47,522 nucleotides of DNA from Macrostomum lignano (taxonomy: Eukaryota), in NCBI GenBank assembly GCA_002269645.1, contig NIVC01002419.1:43718-91239 (forward strand). Reading direction: 5' to 3'. Below are positions 35,694-47,522 of the stretch, piece by piece. The notes under the pieces were generated by a model. It made no database searches, was not told the origin of the DNA, and saw nothing but the letters and a program-made list of their open reading frames with translations. Each line of letters begins with the position of its first letter. Position 1 is the stretch's first letter. Made by a program: the position numbers and the translations under genes.

Positions 35694-35960
35694 CTACCCC
35701 AACTCGTGTGCCAACTCATATCTCTGAGGATAGCTATATCGAGTCGTTTTAAGCCTTGACAGCATATCAAAGTTTGAGCTTGTATGAGGGGTCGAAACCT
35801 GATGATAGACAGGTCTTGAGAGCGCGTGCCAAGTATTGGAAGCGGGTGAGAAGTCTAGGTTGTTGCGTAAGACACCCCATTGCGAGACCTTTGTCCCTGA
35901 GCACTGAAGTCTTTGTGATATAGCGAGCGATAAGTTGATTTGGTGAGGTTTATAGAAGTC
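35694..35960 (-). pseudogene. Possible decayed non-LTR retrotransposon RT C-terminal fragment
   Basis: ISQRLQCSGTKVSQWGV...TWHALSRPVY...LAHELG loosely resembles the RL..L....WG..Y.ALIRP.L.Y thumb region of LINEs; weak. Confidence 0.25.
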
Positions 35961-36864
35961 TTTGTTTCCAGCCTCGGCCTCAGTTCTCACTTCCCCACCT
36001 GCCCTCGCCGCCGCGGTCTCCGGGTCCGGGAACTGAGCGAATATTGAATGAATAACAAAGACCTCAGCTCCGAAGAATCGAAATTGAGAGGCCGAATTTC
36101 CGACGGGGCTTGCGTGGGGAAAACAGATGCTTGGGATTGGGAATTGGCACAGGTGGAGGAAAGGGAAAAATATGCTGGGCGTCTTTGTTCGCCGCCCCAA
36201 CTGAGACGCCCTCTTATCTCATTCGGTCTTTGTTCGGGTTTGAATCGAGCTGCATGGAACAGAGACTCGTGCCAAATTGGGCAGGGCAATATATATTTTA
36301 GCCGCTACGCTGTGCCACGCATATGCCGACTGTTTTTTCTATGGACCCAACAACGCAAACAAAGACCTGGCCTAAAATCTTTGAATCTTTGTTGTCGGTG
36401 CCAAACCGGTAACTTTCCATCCACGTGTTTCTGCTCGTCTGGGACGTATGGCTAAATGACTTGCGACACAATGATTCTACTTCCTTTTTTCTAAAGAATT
36501 GCCTCGTAAAACAAACAGCAGCACCTGCTTGCAGTCTGTGGGCTTCACCGGTGCAATCGCCAGCTCCGATCTCTCTGTTGCGTAAGCTTGACCTGCTAAT
36601 CTCAATTAGCAAACAATTTCAGTTTGGACCGCTGTTGAAAATCGAGTTTGCATCAACAGATTACGCAATCGATTTTTTGTAATCTGTTGTTGCAGAAATA
36701 TTTAGCAAAAGCAGGGCACTATCTCTTTATGAGCTGTGTAACTGTTGCTGGAAAGCACACCTACGGGAGCTTTGAAATTACTTTTAATCAAGAGAAGTAC
36801 CTGGGTACCTTTATATTCATAATTCATATCGTTTAGAGGTTAACTGCGCATCAGTGGGTCACCT

Positions 36865-37445
36865 GAACCCTAACAAGCTGCTCTAGGGTGTCAGCTGACC
36901 CCCTCAATAAGTTGCTCCATGGTGTCAGCTGACTTCCCACCCAACAATCTGCTTTAGGGCGTCAGCTGACCCCCCCACCCAACAATCTGCTTTAGGGTGT
37001 CAGCTGACCCCCCCCACCCAACAATCTGCTCTAGGGTGTCAGCTGACCCCTCAATAAGTTGCTCCATGGTGTCAGCTGACTTCCCACCCAACAATCTGCT
37101 TTAGGGCGTCAGCTGACCCCCCCCCCACCCAACAATCTGCTTTAGGGCGTCAGCTGACCCCCCCCACCCAACAATCTGCTTTAGGGCGTCAGCTGACCCC
37201 CCCCACCCAAAAATCTGTTTTAGGGCGTCAGCTGACCCCCCCCCCACCCAACAATCTGCTTTAGGGCGTCAGCTGACCCCCCCCCACCCAACAATCTGCT
37301 TTAGGGCGTCAGCTGACCCCCCCACCCAACAATCTGCTTTAGGGCGTCAGCTGACCCCCCCCCACCCAAAAATCTGTTTTAGGGCGTCAGCTGACCCCCC
37401 CCCCACCCAACAATCTGCTTTAGGGCGTCAGCTGACCCCTCCCCC
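36865..37445 (+). repeat. ~39-bp minisatellite containing palindrome GTCAGCTGAC
   Basis: GGGCGTCAGCTGACCCCCCCCACCCAACAATCTGCTTTA x ~15. Confidence 0.95.
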
Positions 37446-38287
37446 AACAAGCTACTCTTTTACAGTAAGCTCAGGCAGGACTGCACCTCCAAGCATGCAT
37501 GCACAGGAAGCCATTTGTCCCCAATGTGCCCCACCAGTTCACGGAGAAAGCGCACTGCACAGGTTTAAATTGCCCAGACAGTTCAAAAACAGCCGCTTGA
37601 ACGGAAACTGCTGCATCAGGTATAACAAAGATTGCCGCCTGAAAATATCAACCTTTGTTAGCACAGGTGAAATGATAACCTTTTGTTTAACTTGAAATAG
37701 TTTAACAAAATCTATTAATAATTAGCTGATACAGAAATATACGCTCTATGAGTTTAACTGAATGGTAATTAGAGGCATCTAATTGCAGAAATGTCTAAGA
37801 AAGCTAAATTTGATTTAAATGAGTAAACAGAGTTAGTCTAACTGCAGTGTGAACAGAGCCCAGGGTCGCGTACACCGAGTGCGCACCAAAACAGTTCGTT
37901 TGGTTCCCTGCTTGGCCTTGCCACACTGTATGAGTTCGATTTGTTGCTAGCTAATTTGTTTATTGATAAGGCCCAGGCCGCGAGTGGGCGGCTTCGCAAG
38001 CACTTGCTGCATGCAACTGGGTTGCTGAGGAGCGAGTCTCTTCTGATACTGTTGCAATTTCTGTCTGGTTATGGAGCTGCTGATTGCAGATAATTGGATA
38101 CACGTTATTAGGCATGCATGAGAAAATGCAGCTGAGAGAGGGAGAGAGAGAAAGAGAGAGAGAGAGAGAGACAGGGGTGGAAGTGAACGACTACAGAAAA
38201 TAAAGATAAATGAGAGAGGAGACAGATGGAAAAGATGGATAGAAAGGCGTGGAAAAGGACTGAAAGTCAATCAAAAGATCTGGGACG

Positions 38288-38729
38288 CTCAGTCAGAGAC
38301 AGGAGTGCTCAGTGAGGGACATGAGTGCTCAGTGAGGGACAGGAGTGCTCAGTGAGGGACAGGAGTGCTCAATGAGAGACAGGAGTGCTCAATGAGAGAC
38401 AGGAGTGCTCAATGAGGGACAGGAGTGCTCAGTGAGAGACAGGAGTGCTCAGTGAGAGACAGGAGTGCTCAATGAGGGACAAGAGTGCTCAATTAGAGAC
38501 AGGAGTGCTCAATTAGAGACAGGAGTGCTCAGTGAGAGACAGGAGTGCTCAGTGAGGGACAGGACTGCTCAGTGAGAGACAGGAGTGCTCAGTGAGGGAC
38601 AGGAGTGCTCAGTGAGGGACAGGAGTGCTCAATGAGGGACAGGAGTGCTCAATGAGGGACAGGAGTGCTCAATTAGAGACAGGAGTGCTCAGTGAGAGAC
38701 AGGAGTGCTCAATGAGGGACAGGAGTGCT
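38288..38729 (+). repeat. 20-bp minisatellite
   Basis: GACAGGAGTGCTCA(G/A)TGAG(G/A) x ~22. Confidence 0.96.
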
Positions 38730-39214
38730 AAAAATGTGGTTCTTAATAATTTCCATGTATTTCAGAAACAATTAAATGCAACATGAAAATTAAAGAAAAA
38801 ATCCAGCTGGTTTTCAAATTACTCTCGAATTTCCTAACTCGTTCTGTACCCAAACTGCAAACTCCATTTGTTTGTTGCTGTCCGCAATTCATGGCAAGGC
38901 AAGCCGCGGTTTTGCTTGGCAAAAGTGCGCGGCTCAGGCTGGCATGCTTTTGCATCCCAAAATTCCCATAATGGGAATTGTTTAGCCGTGCGGCACCTCG
39001 AAACTTGACACCGATTCGGGAACGCGTGCCGACGCCGAGGGGGGGTGGGACCGCTCGGTTAATGGGATTCCTGCGCGTTGCAGCTACAGGGGATATTTAT
39101 AGCAGAAATGACTGCAGCTTTGTTTGTCTTTGTCCGTCTGCTGTTAACCGGGAACAGCAAAATCGTGTTGGGAAAAACTGGGTCAGTTGAGACGGCGTTC
39201 GACTCTGCAATGGG

Positions 39215-39618
<404 letters not shown>

Positions 39619-40129
39619 CACAGCAGCTGACGCAGATGGCCCCAGCTGCTGCAGCAAGCCCTGTCAGTATAAAAGTGCACAGACCTGTTTCAGCTCAGGT
39701 TCAGCCGCAGCCCAGCACTGCAGTGTCAGTTTGGCGGGTTCCCACGACGTCACGGCAGTTGCAGCCTGGCTGATTGCAGCACACAGCTGGCCGGAATCTG
39801 GTGCAGGCAGGCCGGCTGTCATCGCGTTTCATGCGCACTGAGAATGGAAATGGTTTGTCAGTTCTGTGTGGTTTTGGATTTCAATTGATTACAAGTTCAG
39901 TGGGCTGTTTGATGTTTTTGGACAAGAAATGCGCAAATTAAAGCTTCATCAGGTTTTAGAGTTCGGCCGAAAAAAACTGATTCTTAATTTTGAGCGTCTT
40001 CTTTCGGTGTCATGTTTTTTAAGTTTTGCTCGCGATGTTTTACGTCAGATATGACGTCTGCAGCGAACGTCACAGGAAAGGCGAATTGCATCAGAAATAA
40101 ATGCGATTTACTGAAGGGGGAATTGCTGA

Positions 40130-41845
40130 TATAGTGACAAATTCATGGGGAATTGTTCAAATGATTATGAACTCATGGGGCACCGCTCCGATTGTTATGA
40201 ACTCATGGGGAACTGCTCCGATTGTTATGAACTCATGGGGAACTGCTCCGATTGTTATGAACTCATGGGGCACCGCTCCGATTGTCATGAACTCATGGGG
40301 CACCGCTCCGATTGTCATGAACTCATGGGGAACTGCTCCGATTGTCATGAACTCATGGGGAACTGCTCCGATTGTTATGAACTCATGGGGAACTGCTCCG
40401 ATTGTTATGAACTCATGGGGCACCGCTCCGATTGTCATGAACTCATGGGGCACCGCTCCGATTGTCATGAACTCATGGGGAACTGCTCCGATTGTCATGA
40501 ACTCATGGGGCACCGCTCCGATTGTTATGAACTCATGGGGAACTGCTCCGATTGTTATGAACTCATGGGGAACTGCTCCGATTGTTATGAACTCATGGGG
40601 CACCGCTCCGATTGTCATGAACTCATGGGGCACCGCTCCGATTGTCATGAACTCATGGGGAACTGCTCCGATTGTCATGAACTCATGGGAACTGCTCCGA
40701 TTGTTATGAACTCATGGGGAACTGCTCCGATTGTTATGAACTCATGGGGCACCGCTCCGATTGTCATGAACTCATGGGGCACCGCTCCGATTGTCATGAA
40801 CTCATGGGGAACTGCTCCGATTGTTATGAACTCATGGGGCACCGCTCCGATTGTCATGAACTCATGGGGAACTGCTCCGATTGTCATGAACTCATGGGGA
40901 ACTGCTCCGATTGTTATGAACTCATGGGGAACTGCTCCGATTGTCATGAACTCATGGGGCACCGCTCCGATTGTCATGAACTCATGGGGAACTGCTCCGA
41001 TTGTCATGAACTCATGGGAACTGCTCCGATTGTCATGAACTCATGGGGAACTGCTCCGATTGTTATGAACTCATGGGGAACTGCTCCGATTGTTATGAAC
41101 TCATGGGAACTGCTCCGATTGTCATGAACTCATGGGGCACCGCTCCGATTGTCATGAACTCATGGGGAACTGCTCCGATTGTCATGAACTCATGGGGAAC
41201 TGCTCCGATTGTCATGAACTCATGGGGCACCGCTCCGATTGTCATGAACTCATGGGGAACTGCTCCGATTGTCATGAACTCATGGGGAACTGGTCTGATT
41301 GTCATGAACTCATGGGAATTGCTCAGATTGTCATGAACTCATTTGGAATTGCTCAGATGGTCATGAACTCATGGGAAATTGCTCAGATGAACTCATGTGG
41401 AACTGCTCCGATTGTCATGAACTCATGGGCACCGCTCCGATTGTCATGAACTCATGGGGCACCGCTCCGATTGTCATAACTCATGGGAAATCGCTCAGAT
41501 GGTCATGAACTCATGGGGAATTGCTCAGATGGTCATGAACTCATGGGGAATGGCTCAGATGGTCATGAACTCATGGGGAATTGCTCAGATGGCCATGAAC
41601 TCATGGGGAACTGCTCCGATTGTCATGAACTCATGGGGAATTGCTCAGATGGTCATGAACTCATGGGGAATTGCTCAGATGGTCATGAACTCATGGGGAA
41701 TTGCTCAGATGGTCATGAACTCATGGGGAATTGCTCAGATGGTCATGAACTCATGGGGAATTGCTCAGATGGTCATGAACTCATGAGGAATTGCTCGCAT
41801 GGTCATGAACTCATGGGGAACTGCTCAGATGGTCATGAGCTCATG
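40130..41845 (+). repeat. 30-bp minisatellite with higher-order structure
   Basis: ATGAACTCATGGGG(AACT/CACC)GCTCCGATTGT(T/C), then an ATTGCTCAGATGGTC variant at the 3' end; ~57 units. Confidence 0.97.
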
Positions 41846-42314
41846 AGGCACTGCTCAAATGGAGAATTTCTCACGGGCATGTTGGCAGGTGACACTGATA
41901 TTCGACACCGCTCTCAGGCGTTATATTTTTGCCGCGCCAAAATCCAGGCCATTCGCTAATTGAACCCCCCGACCTGGAAAATGCCTCATCAAGTCAGCTG
42001 CAGGTGATACCTGATACTAATGACATTGTGGCCCTCGGCACAGGCTCGCGAGAGCATGTCTGTCTCAGCCATTTTTGTTTTCCGAGAATACCCTCTGAGT
42101 GATTCGATATGATCTAAAAATCCGCTTTCGCGCCAGCTGCAGCACCCCCCCCCTCTGGCTGGTTTTGCACGGCTCGTGTCTGTGCCTTCCTGTCTGAAGC
42201 AGAGCCTGCTAGCATTGGTGTCGTATTCGTCTGCATTCACTGACTGAATTAATTCTAGATAGGTATGAATTCAAATGCTTTGCCACCACCTATCTGGTTC
42301 GTGCTTGATCAGTT

Positions 42315-42975
42315 CTTACTCTTCTCTCCTCTCATCTTAGCCCTGCCTCTCTCTTCTCTCCTCTCATCTTAGCCCTGCCTCTCTCTTCTCTCCTCTCAGC
42401 TCTCTCTGTTCTCTCCTCTTTCTTCTCTCCTCTCTCTTTTCTTCTCTCTCTTCTCTCCTCTCCCCCCTCTCCTCTCAACTCTCTCTCTTCTCTCTTCTCT
42501 CCTCTCTCCTCTCAACCTTCTCTCTTCTCTCCTCTCTATTTTCTTCTCTCTCTCTTCTCTCCTCTCCCCTCTCCTCTCAACTCTCTCTCTTCTCTCCTCT
42601 CTCCTCTCAACCCTCTCTCCTCTCTCCTCTCTTTTTTCTTCTCTCTTCTCTCCTCTCTCTTTTCTTCTCTCTCTTCTCTCCTCTCCCCTCTCCTCTCAAC
42701 TCTCTCTCTTCTCTCTTCTCTCCTCTCTCCTCTCAACCCTCTCTCTTCTCTCCTCTCTATTTTCTTCTCTCTCTTCTCTCCTCTCCCCTCTCCTCTCAAC
42801 TCTCTCTCTTCTCTCCTCTCTCCTCTCAATCCTCTCTCCTCTCTCCTCTCTTTTTTCTTCTCTCTTCTCTCCTCTCTCTTTTCTTCTCTCTCTTCTCTCC
42901 TCTCCCCTCTTTTCTCAACTCTCTCTCTTCTCTCCTCTCAACTCTGTTTCTCTTCTCTTCTCAACTCTGAACCTC
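42315..42975 (+). repeat. Complex CT-rich polypyrimidine repeat
   Basis: CTCT/CTCTC mosaics with longer internal duplications. Confidence 0.95.
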
Positions 42976-43663
42976 TCTCTTATTCGATAATCGATTTTTG
43001 AACTGGCAAGGAGTGTAGAATTATTGAGAGTGCCATCTGTTTACACCTTACCCAATGCCTGTGGGAGAATAGGGGAACACAGAGATAAGAGGCTTCCCCA
43101 TTCCAGTCCAGAAACCTCTGGTTTCATTAACCCTTGAATTGATTGACTTCTGGCACTCGGTGCACCAGCACAACTTGTCTGCGCACAGATGGTACGAGAT
43201 GGCAGGTTAATACCAGCATTTGGCTGACACGCCCCTGCAATTATAGAATAATCCGATATGGGATTAGGTGTTGGCTTACATAAATTCACAAGCCTCATGT
43301 GGCTAGGGGCCTTCAGGCACGTTTCTCCTCGTAAAGATCTAAACCTGCTTTATGGCTTGTGTGTCAGAATTAGAGCACTCTTAGGGACCCATTTTCCAGC
43401 TGCGCAAAAATTCTCCAAGGCTGCTTTTTTCCGTGCGCAATCTCGGAATAAATTGTGCTTTTTCAGTTTTTCTGCTTTGCACTTTTAGAATTAAACTGCG
43501 CGCAAAGAGGGGTAAGAGCAGCTGTTTTTATTATGTCTCACGAGGCCGCCTTCAAGGTGAATCGCGTCTCCGAAAAAATGCGTTGCTTTCGACCCAAAGT
43601 ATAATGAGGCATGTGTGATGCGCTGAGGGCATCGAGGGCTGCCATTGAATTCGATAGGAATTA

Positions 43664-44050
43664 TTGTCAGGAGTGCCAATGAGATTGTCAGGGTCCCCAA
43701 TGAGATTGTCAGGAGTGCCAATGAGATTGTCAGGAGTGCCAATGAGATTGTCAGGGTCCCCAATGATATTGTCAGGAGTGCCAATGAGATTGTCAGGGTC
43801 CCCAATGAGATTGTCAGGAGTGCCAATGAGATTGTCAGGAGTGCCAATGAGATTGTCAGGTCCCTAATGAGATTGTCAGGAGTGCCAATGAGATTGTCAG
43901 GAGTGCCAATAAAATTGTCAGGAGTGCCAATGAGATTGTCAGGTGCACGAATTTTTATGTCAGGTGCACAGATGTTTATGTCAGGGGCGCCAGTGAAATT
44001 GTCAGGAGCGTCATTGGCATTGTCTGGGCCGTCAATGTGACTGTCAGGCG
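43664..44050 (+). repeat. 21-bp minisatellite
   Basis: ATTGTCAGGAGTGCCAATGAG and ATTGTCAGGGTCCCCAATGAG units, degenerating rightwards. Confidence 0.95.
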
Positions 44051-44963
44051 CAAAAATACGTGAGATTGCAAAGAAAAGCAACTGTGAAAGTACACAGCAA
44101 AGGTTTTTATTGCGGATGTATTTGGCTGGGTTTCTAACTGACCCATTTCCAGCAGTGCAGAGGCCGCGGAATGCAGGCATTTGAGATGCGCAAATGCAAA
44201 ACTACCTTTGTTGTTGCACTTTTCAGTTGGTCAAGAGAAACAGATCAGCAAAGGTCGCACGAGGTCAACGCGTGCATGTTTTACTTATGGAGCGAGGGCC
44301 CAGGCATCATAGATAAAGTATACTTTATCTATGCCAGGCATGTTCTGAGGGAGCATCGCTGCTCCAAGTCCAAATAAAAACAGTCAGATTGGAGCGACCT
44401 TGCAGTGACCTAGAAAATTAGTCTATCACTGTAAGATAAACAAAATTATTCAAAAACCAGCCAGTAGTCGAACTTCGCTACTAAAAGTAGAAATATGAAA
44501 AAATAATGTCCTTTTTATCTGTTTTAAGCCTAACCTGTTTTAAGCTTATGCCAAAAAAATTCTCGTTAAATTTGTAAAAACATAAAAATAATAGTTTAGA
44601 ATTCGAAATTCATTAAATAAAATATTTGGACGGTAGAAATATGAAAAATGATAATTAAACAAAATAAAGCTGTGAAGCAACTTATAATTCGAATAGTGGC
44701 AGATTCTAAGCTCTATACTGAAAGTGCGAACGTAGATTAGATCGAGATTGAAGCAAGGACTTGACACTGTTCTAAACACTGTTTTCTAAAATATTATAGA
44801 AGTACATTTTAAAAGTACATTTCATGCAGAATTTAATAGTATACGCTTTGGCGGCATGCAAAAGCTACGATAATTTCTTTATCGAGTTTCGTCAGTCCAG
44901 TCCGATTATTCCAAAAGTTCCAGCATCCCCGGTCCTCATCAGTCCCAGCATCCCCAGGCCTCA

Positions 44964-47522
44964 TCAGTCCCAGCACCTGGCCTTGAAGAAGGCCTGCATC
45001 TCCAAGTCGTCCACTGAGCGCCCGTTGACTCCCGCGTAGACCTGCTTGCAGATTCCCGTCTTCATCTTGTCCTCCAGCGTGGCGATGTACTTGTCCAGGA
45101 TGGCTAGAATAGAGTGTGCCGTCTGGGGTTGAAATTATACACAACTAAGAAACAACAAAACAAACAACACAACTAAGCAACAACAAAACAAACAACACAA
45201 CTAAGCAACAACAAAACAAACAACACAACTAAGCAACAACCAAGAAACAACACAACTAAGCAACAACAAAACAAACAACACAACTAAGCAACAACAAAAC
45301 AAACAACACAACTAAGCAACAACAAAACAAACAACACAACTAAGCAACAACAAAACAAACAACACAACAAGAAACAACACAACTAAGCAACAACAAAACA
45401 AACAACACAACTAAGCAACAACACAACTAAGCAACAACACAACTAAGCAAAACAACACAACAAGAAACAACACAACTCAAACAACAACTAAGCAACAACA
45501 CAACACAACAACAAGAAACAACACAACTAAGCAACAACAAAAACTAAGCAACAACAAAAACTAAGCAACAACAAACTAACAACTAAGCAACAACACAACT
45601 AAGCAACAACAAAGTAAGCAACAACAAACTAAGCAACAACACAACTAAGCAACAACAAACTAAGCAACAACACAACTAAGCAACAACAAAGCTAAGCAAC
45701 AACACAACTAAGCAACAACACAACTAAGCAACAACACTAAGCAACAACACAACTAAGCAACAACACAAACTAAGCAACAACACAACTAAGCAACAACACA
45801 ACTAAGCAACAACAAAGCTAAGCAACAACACAACTAAGCAACAACACAACTAAGCAACAACACAACTAAGCAACAACACAACTAAGCAACAACAAACTAA
45901 GCAACAACACAACTAAGCAACAACACAAGCTAAGCAACAACACAACTAAGCAACAACACAACTAAGCAACAACACTAAGCAACAACACAACTAAGCAACA
46001 ACACAACTAAGCAACAACAAAGCTAAGCAACAACACAACTAAGCAACAAACAAAACTAAGCAACAAGACAACTAAGCAACAACACAACTAAGCAACAACA
46101 CAACTAAGCAACAACACAACTAAGCAACAACAAAGCTAAGCAACAACACAACTAAGCAAAACACAACTAAGCAACAACACAACTAAGCAACAACACAACT
46201 AAGCAACAACAAAGCTAAGCAACAACACAACTAAGCAACAACACAACTAAGCAACAACAAAGCTAAGCAACAACACAAACTAAGCAACAACAAACTAAGC
46301 AACAACACAACTAAGCAACAACACAACTAAGCAACAACACAACTAAGCAACAACACAAACTAAGCAACAACACAACTAAGCAACAACACAACTAAGCAAC
46401 AACACAACTAAGCAACAACACAACTAAGCAACAACACAACTAAGCAACAACACAACTAAGCAACAACACAACTAAGCAACAACACAACTCAGCACAACAC
46501 AACTCAGCAACAACAACACAACTAAGCAACAGCACAACTGGCCGCTCGCACTCACGCAGTCCCATGACGCGGCCCCACTTGATCATGTACTCTGGCAGGC
46601 GGGCGTCATCGAACTTCTCGTGCTTAACCAGAAGGCGACAATCTCGCCGAAGATGTACGCGTCGTCAAACGACGGATTGCCGGCGTCGGAGACGGGGAAT
46701 CGACAGTAGATGTCCACGGCGCGCAGCGGCTGCGGACGCGCCAGGAGCATGTCGGCGGCCTCGATGTAGGCGTCGTGGACAGCCTGGCGACATTCTCTGC
46801 GCCTCCTCGAACATGGCCAGCGCCTCGTCCGGCTTCTCCGCGGCGCGTAGGGCGCGCGCCAGAGTCAACCGGGCAGCAGCGCTCGGACGATTAATTGGCG
46901 CTGGTTTGACGGCTTTGGCGCGGTTGTGGCGCCGATACTGGCGCAGATTCTGGCGCCGATTCGGCTGCGGTTGCTGCGAAGTCTGCGGCGCCGACGGTTC
47001 AGTGGGAGTCGCTGCTTTTGCGGCTGCAGCGCCTTTGGCAGCTGCGGCGCCGCCACCTCTCGTTGCGGTAGCGCCACCCCTGGTTGATGTGGCGCCGCCT
47101 CTTGTGGCGCCGCCTTTGCAGCAGCGCCACCTCTTGTGGCGCCACCTCTTGCGGCAGCGCCGCCTCTACTAGGAGCTGGCGCGGTGGCAGCGCCTCTCCC
47201 TGCCTGAGCAGCGCCACCTCTGGCGCCACCTGCGCAAAATCAATGATTAGATAATAATGAGCTTTAACCCTGTCTCTGGGCAATCATCTCTGACTTTGGC
47301 GGCCACTGGCCTTTAGCTAGACAGAGCTTCTGGGCTGTGGCGACATTGGGCAAACCTCAACTGATGGCATGGGCAACGATGCACTTTATTTCCCTAGCTG
47401 CATACAGAAAGCACTTTACAATTGAGGTCCACACCTCTGGCACCGCCTCGACCTGCAGGCACAGTTGCAGCAGCTGCCGGCGGCGCAGCGGCGGCTGCCG
47501 CTTTCGGCGCTTCCACTGCCGC
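44964..47522 (-). CDS. 3' part of an Ala/Gly/RGG-rich protein with TPR-like helical C-terminal domain; frameshifted in this assembly
   Basis: Exons 47435->47522, 46556-47229 and 44964-45103 with canonical phase-1 splice sites. TPR-like ARLTLARALRAAEKPDEALAMFEEAQRM, then VHDAYIEAADMLL..AVDIYCRF..SFDDAYIFGEIV/RLLVKHEKFDDARLPEYMIKWGRVMGL|PILDKYIATLEDKMKTGICKQVYAGVNGRSVDDLEMQAFFKARCWD*. Needs three frame corrections (~47116, ~46787, ~46637). Family not recognised by name. Confidence 0.7.
45145..46535 (+). repeat. AAC-rich ~16-bp minisatellite filling the last intron of the TPR-like gene
   Basis: AACTAAGCAACAACAC and length variants. Confidence 0.97.

Noticed and set aside
38961-38979. Palindrome AATTCCCAT-A-ATGGGAATT
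   Set aside because: An isolated 9-bp arm pair can arise by chance; no associated element ends.

Overview
Eukaryotic (animal) genomic DNA with GT-AG introns, GC-rich exons and minisatellite-filled introns. The organism is not determinable here; the style suggests an invertebrate such as the flatworm Macrostomum (inference only). Four spliced genes can be rebuilt by hand: (1) the 3' 11 exons of a divergent ankyrin/TRPV-like cation channel (+, 944-7193); (2) a glycogenin with a ~400-aa linker (+, 14008-24878); (3) a cyclin G-like gene (-, 30091-33147); (4) the 3' part of an RGG-rich/TPR-like gene with three frameshifts (-, 44964 to window end). Between genes 1 and 2 lies the most striking structure: a 3.36-kb foldback-like element (8361-11718) made of two inverted arrays of a 161-bp satellite with matching termini. 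It encloses a 573-bp loop resembling Ty3/Gypsy gag and sits ~95 bp after a piggyBac transposase relic. Also present: three copies of a tRNA-derived CORE-like SINE, a 238-bp duplication creating a decoy splice acceptor, a sharply bounded 1.9-kb CpG desert over the glycogenin 5' end, and more than 20 tandem arrays, at least three of which appear to be one family. Most long ORFs in the supplied track are artefacts of tandem repeats. All calls come from manual translation and motif recall; no database search was run.
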